A stretch of DNA of 63,800 nt, counting the filler, from Reticulomyxa filosa (Eukaryota; Protista; Foraminifera): the NCBI GenBank assembly GCA_000512085.1. It is 23 parts of 23 records of this genome, joined end to end, with 100 filler letters (N's around TTAATTAATTAA, not from the genome) between each part and the next. Parts side by side here need not be neighbours in the genome. Positions count along the whole stretch, not along the records: positions 58,977 to 62,491 come from ASPP01025108.1; positions 62,592 to 63,800 come from ASPP01025755.1; 21 more parts are not named here. The stretch is one strand, 5' to 3'. The notes under the pieces are model-generated. The model ran no database searches. It was not told the origin of the DNA and saw only the letters and a program-made list of their open reading frames with translations. This document shows positions 61,715 to 63,800 of this stretch, in pieces (position 1 is the first letter of the stretch; each line of letters starts with the position of its first letter). The translations under genes and the position numbers were made by a program.

Positions 61715-63800
61715 TTGACGCTACCCGGATCAAATATACTTAAAAATAACAATAAAAACTATACTGGAAGTCTACGATATCTATATAAGTGCTTAAAGAT
61801 TTATCTCTCTATTTATATTGAACTTTTCCATGTAATATTGTCCCAAAGTCCTTGCACTGTCCGGAGCTGGACTGTAATATCGCCAGTGAGCTGTGATGAA
61901 AACAGCCTTTACTTGCAAATGGAGTAAATAATTTCTTTTTTTCAATATTTGATTATCAAGAATCTAATTTTAAATTAATTAATCAACGATATGTATTTTA
62001 TGTTACTATCGACAACAGAAAAAAAAAATTGAAGTGAATGTTAATCCTATGAAGAAACTGTTGGAATAGTTTTGTCAAATTGTTGTTAGAGGTAAGAAAA
62101 ATCCCCAACAAGAAACTAGTCAAGTGTCACTGCTGATTTTGACAATACCACCCCAAAAAAAAACACCAAAAAAAAAAAAAAAAATTAAAAAAAAATTGAA
62201 GAACTAGTAATAATTGTTAGTTACCAAACATTCAGCAAACAATATCCAATGAAAAATGGCATTCTGTTTCAAAGAACATTCCAGTATCGAACGTGCAATT
62301 TCACACGATACAACTATTTGATCTTTTTCGTTGTGTTGCTTCGTTTATTGAGTTTCATGTAGTTTCATTCGTTTTATGTTTGCACAAAGGGCAAGTGGTT
62401 TCGGTTTCTTTGGCTGCTTGAGCTTGGAACCACGTGTCAATGCAATTGAGATGAAATTGGTGTACTGTTTCAAGCAGAATAGATAGAATAGNNNNNNNNN
62501 NNNNNNNNNNNNNNNNNNNNNNNNNNNNNNNNNNNTTAATTAATTAANNNNNNNNNNNNNNNNNNNNNNNNNNNNNNNNNNNNNNNNNNNNTAATTTTAG
62601 GTTATCATTGATTTGTCCCTTTCACAAATAATAATACAAAATTGAATACATTTTTATTATTTTGTGATAAAGTAGGATTATCAATATGACATGGTGAAAA
62701 AAAATAATACACTTTATTATAAAGAAATAAAAAATTGCTGTAATTTGAATATTTTTTTCATTTGTTTATCTTTACAATTTTATATTTTTATTTGTATGAC
62801 GATATACCACTCCAAAAAAAATTCACAAAGTGTGTACAATATAACCAAAACATAAATTTGAGTTTAAATATAGAAAATATTTAGTTTAGCAGAATTATTG
62901 AAAATTATATAGTATTGTGAAAATATCATATTACAAAACAATCTGACAATGATTACACGTTGAACACAATCCCTATACGAAAAAGAGAAATATTGAAGAA
63001 AAAAATATTCATTAAGATAAAAAAACAGATACATAGAATTTAGTAAAGAAATTGTGTTTTTTCCTTCAATAAATCAATCAAGTTAATGTGATTATATAGG
63101 AAACATTTGTATAATGAGTGCCACTTTTTATAAAATTTCTCATAAAGATCCAATATAGAAAAATACTACAAAAGAATTTCTATGTCCAGATCAATTACGA
63201 AAGATCATGTTATTAATTTAAATAAAATAACATTTGACTGGTCATCAATCAAACTTTTTTTTTATTGTTATTGATTTTTCAAGTCTACTTTCATTATTGA
63301 TGTTGTACTTCTTTTGATATAGTGGTTTAAATTAAGAGATTGGACTGTCAAAACATAAGTCGCAATCTTTGACACAATACGATTAATATATTTGCGATAA
63401 GTAATAATACTTTTGTGTTTCATTCATTTAAATTGAAACAACTTTCATTATTGTTATTATCAACTCAATCTAAGTTAAATACAAATGAAATATATTATCA
63501 AAATCACAGTAATTATATCTTTATTGATTAAATTGAGTGTTTTAGTATAATCTATATATGATTCTAACAACATTTTTTTCTAAGTAATTGCAATATTAAC
63601 ATGTTATTTTTGTGATTAATATTTCTTTTTTTTTACTAACATATCCATTATATTTGCAATTATGTGAATTTTAATAACCTCAACAAATAAGAAGTTTGTG
63701 TTTATATAACACGTATTGAGAATCAATAAATGCATATTCCTATCAACGATGAAGTATTACAAAAATGAAGCTAAACACTTTTAGTTTTAAAAAAGTCAAA

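Noticed and set aside
62592-63800. Last contig
   Set aside because: Very AT-rich with no ORF, repeat or structure I can support.

Overview
This window is not one locus. It is 23 short draft contigs joined by an artificial 100-nt spacer (N44-TTAATTAATTAA-N44), so adjacency across spacers means nothing. Twenty-two contigs come from an AT-rich eukaryote with short GT-AG introns rich in (TA)n and poly(A/T). The Kelch-like, TRAF-WD40 and CUE-like gene families resemble those expanded in the foraminiferan Reticulomyxa filosa (inference). Many genes carry single-base slips in homopolymers, probably sequencing errors. Eukaryotic genes recognised: a kinase with tyrosine-kinase-type motifs, a STE20/MST-like kinase with a SARAH-like tail, a Rab7-like GTPase with a large insert, an F-box + RZ-finger + U-box protein head-to-head with a PP2A catalytic subunit, a multi-CAP-Gly/ZZ protein, a USP9X/USP24-like fragment, RRM, Kelch-like, TRAF-WD40, SAM and CUE-like proteins, a PT-repeat membrane protein, a voltage-gated Ca/Na-type channel fragment, a PPR protein with a degenerate SMR-like end, and a UBE2H-like E2. 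Mobile DNA: an uninterrupted two-ORF LINE, a decayed CRE/SLACS-like element lacking its RT core, and a decayed unknown family seen in two contigs. One contig (39795-41051) is bacterial (aroQ/queA). The two strongest novelty candidates are the 301-aa triple ubiquitin-ligase-module protein and a two-copy structured non-coding motif with a hammerhead-like CUGANGA core and strand-specific covariation (47907-47970 and 51709-51782). All family assignments are by eye from motifs; no searches were run.
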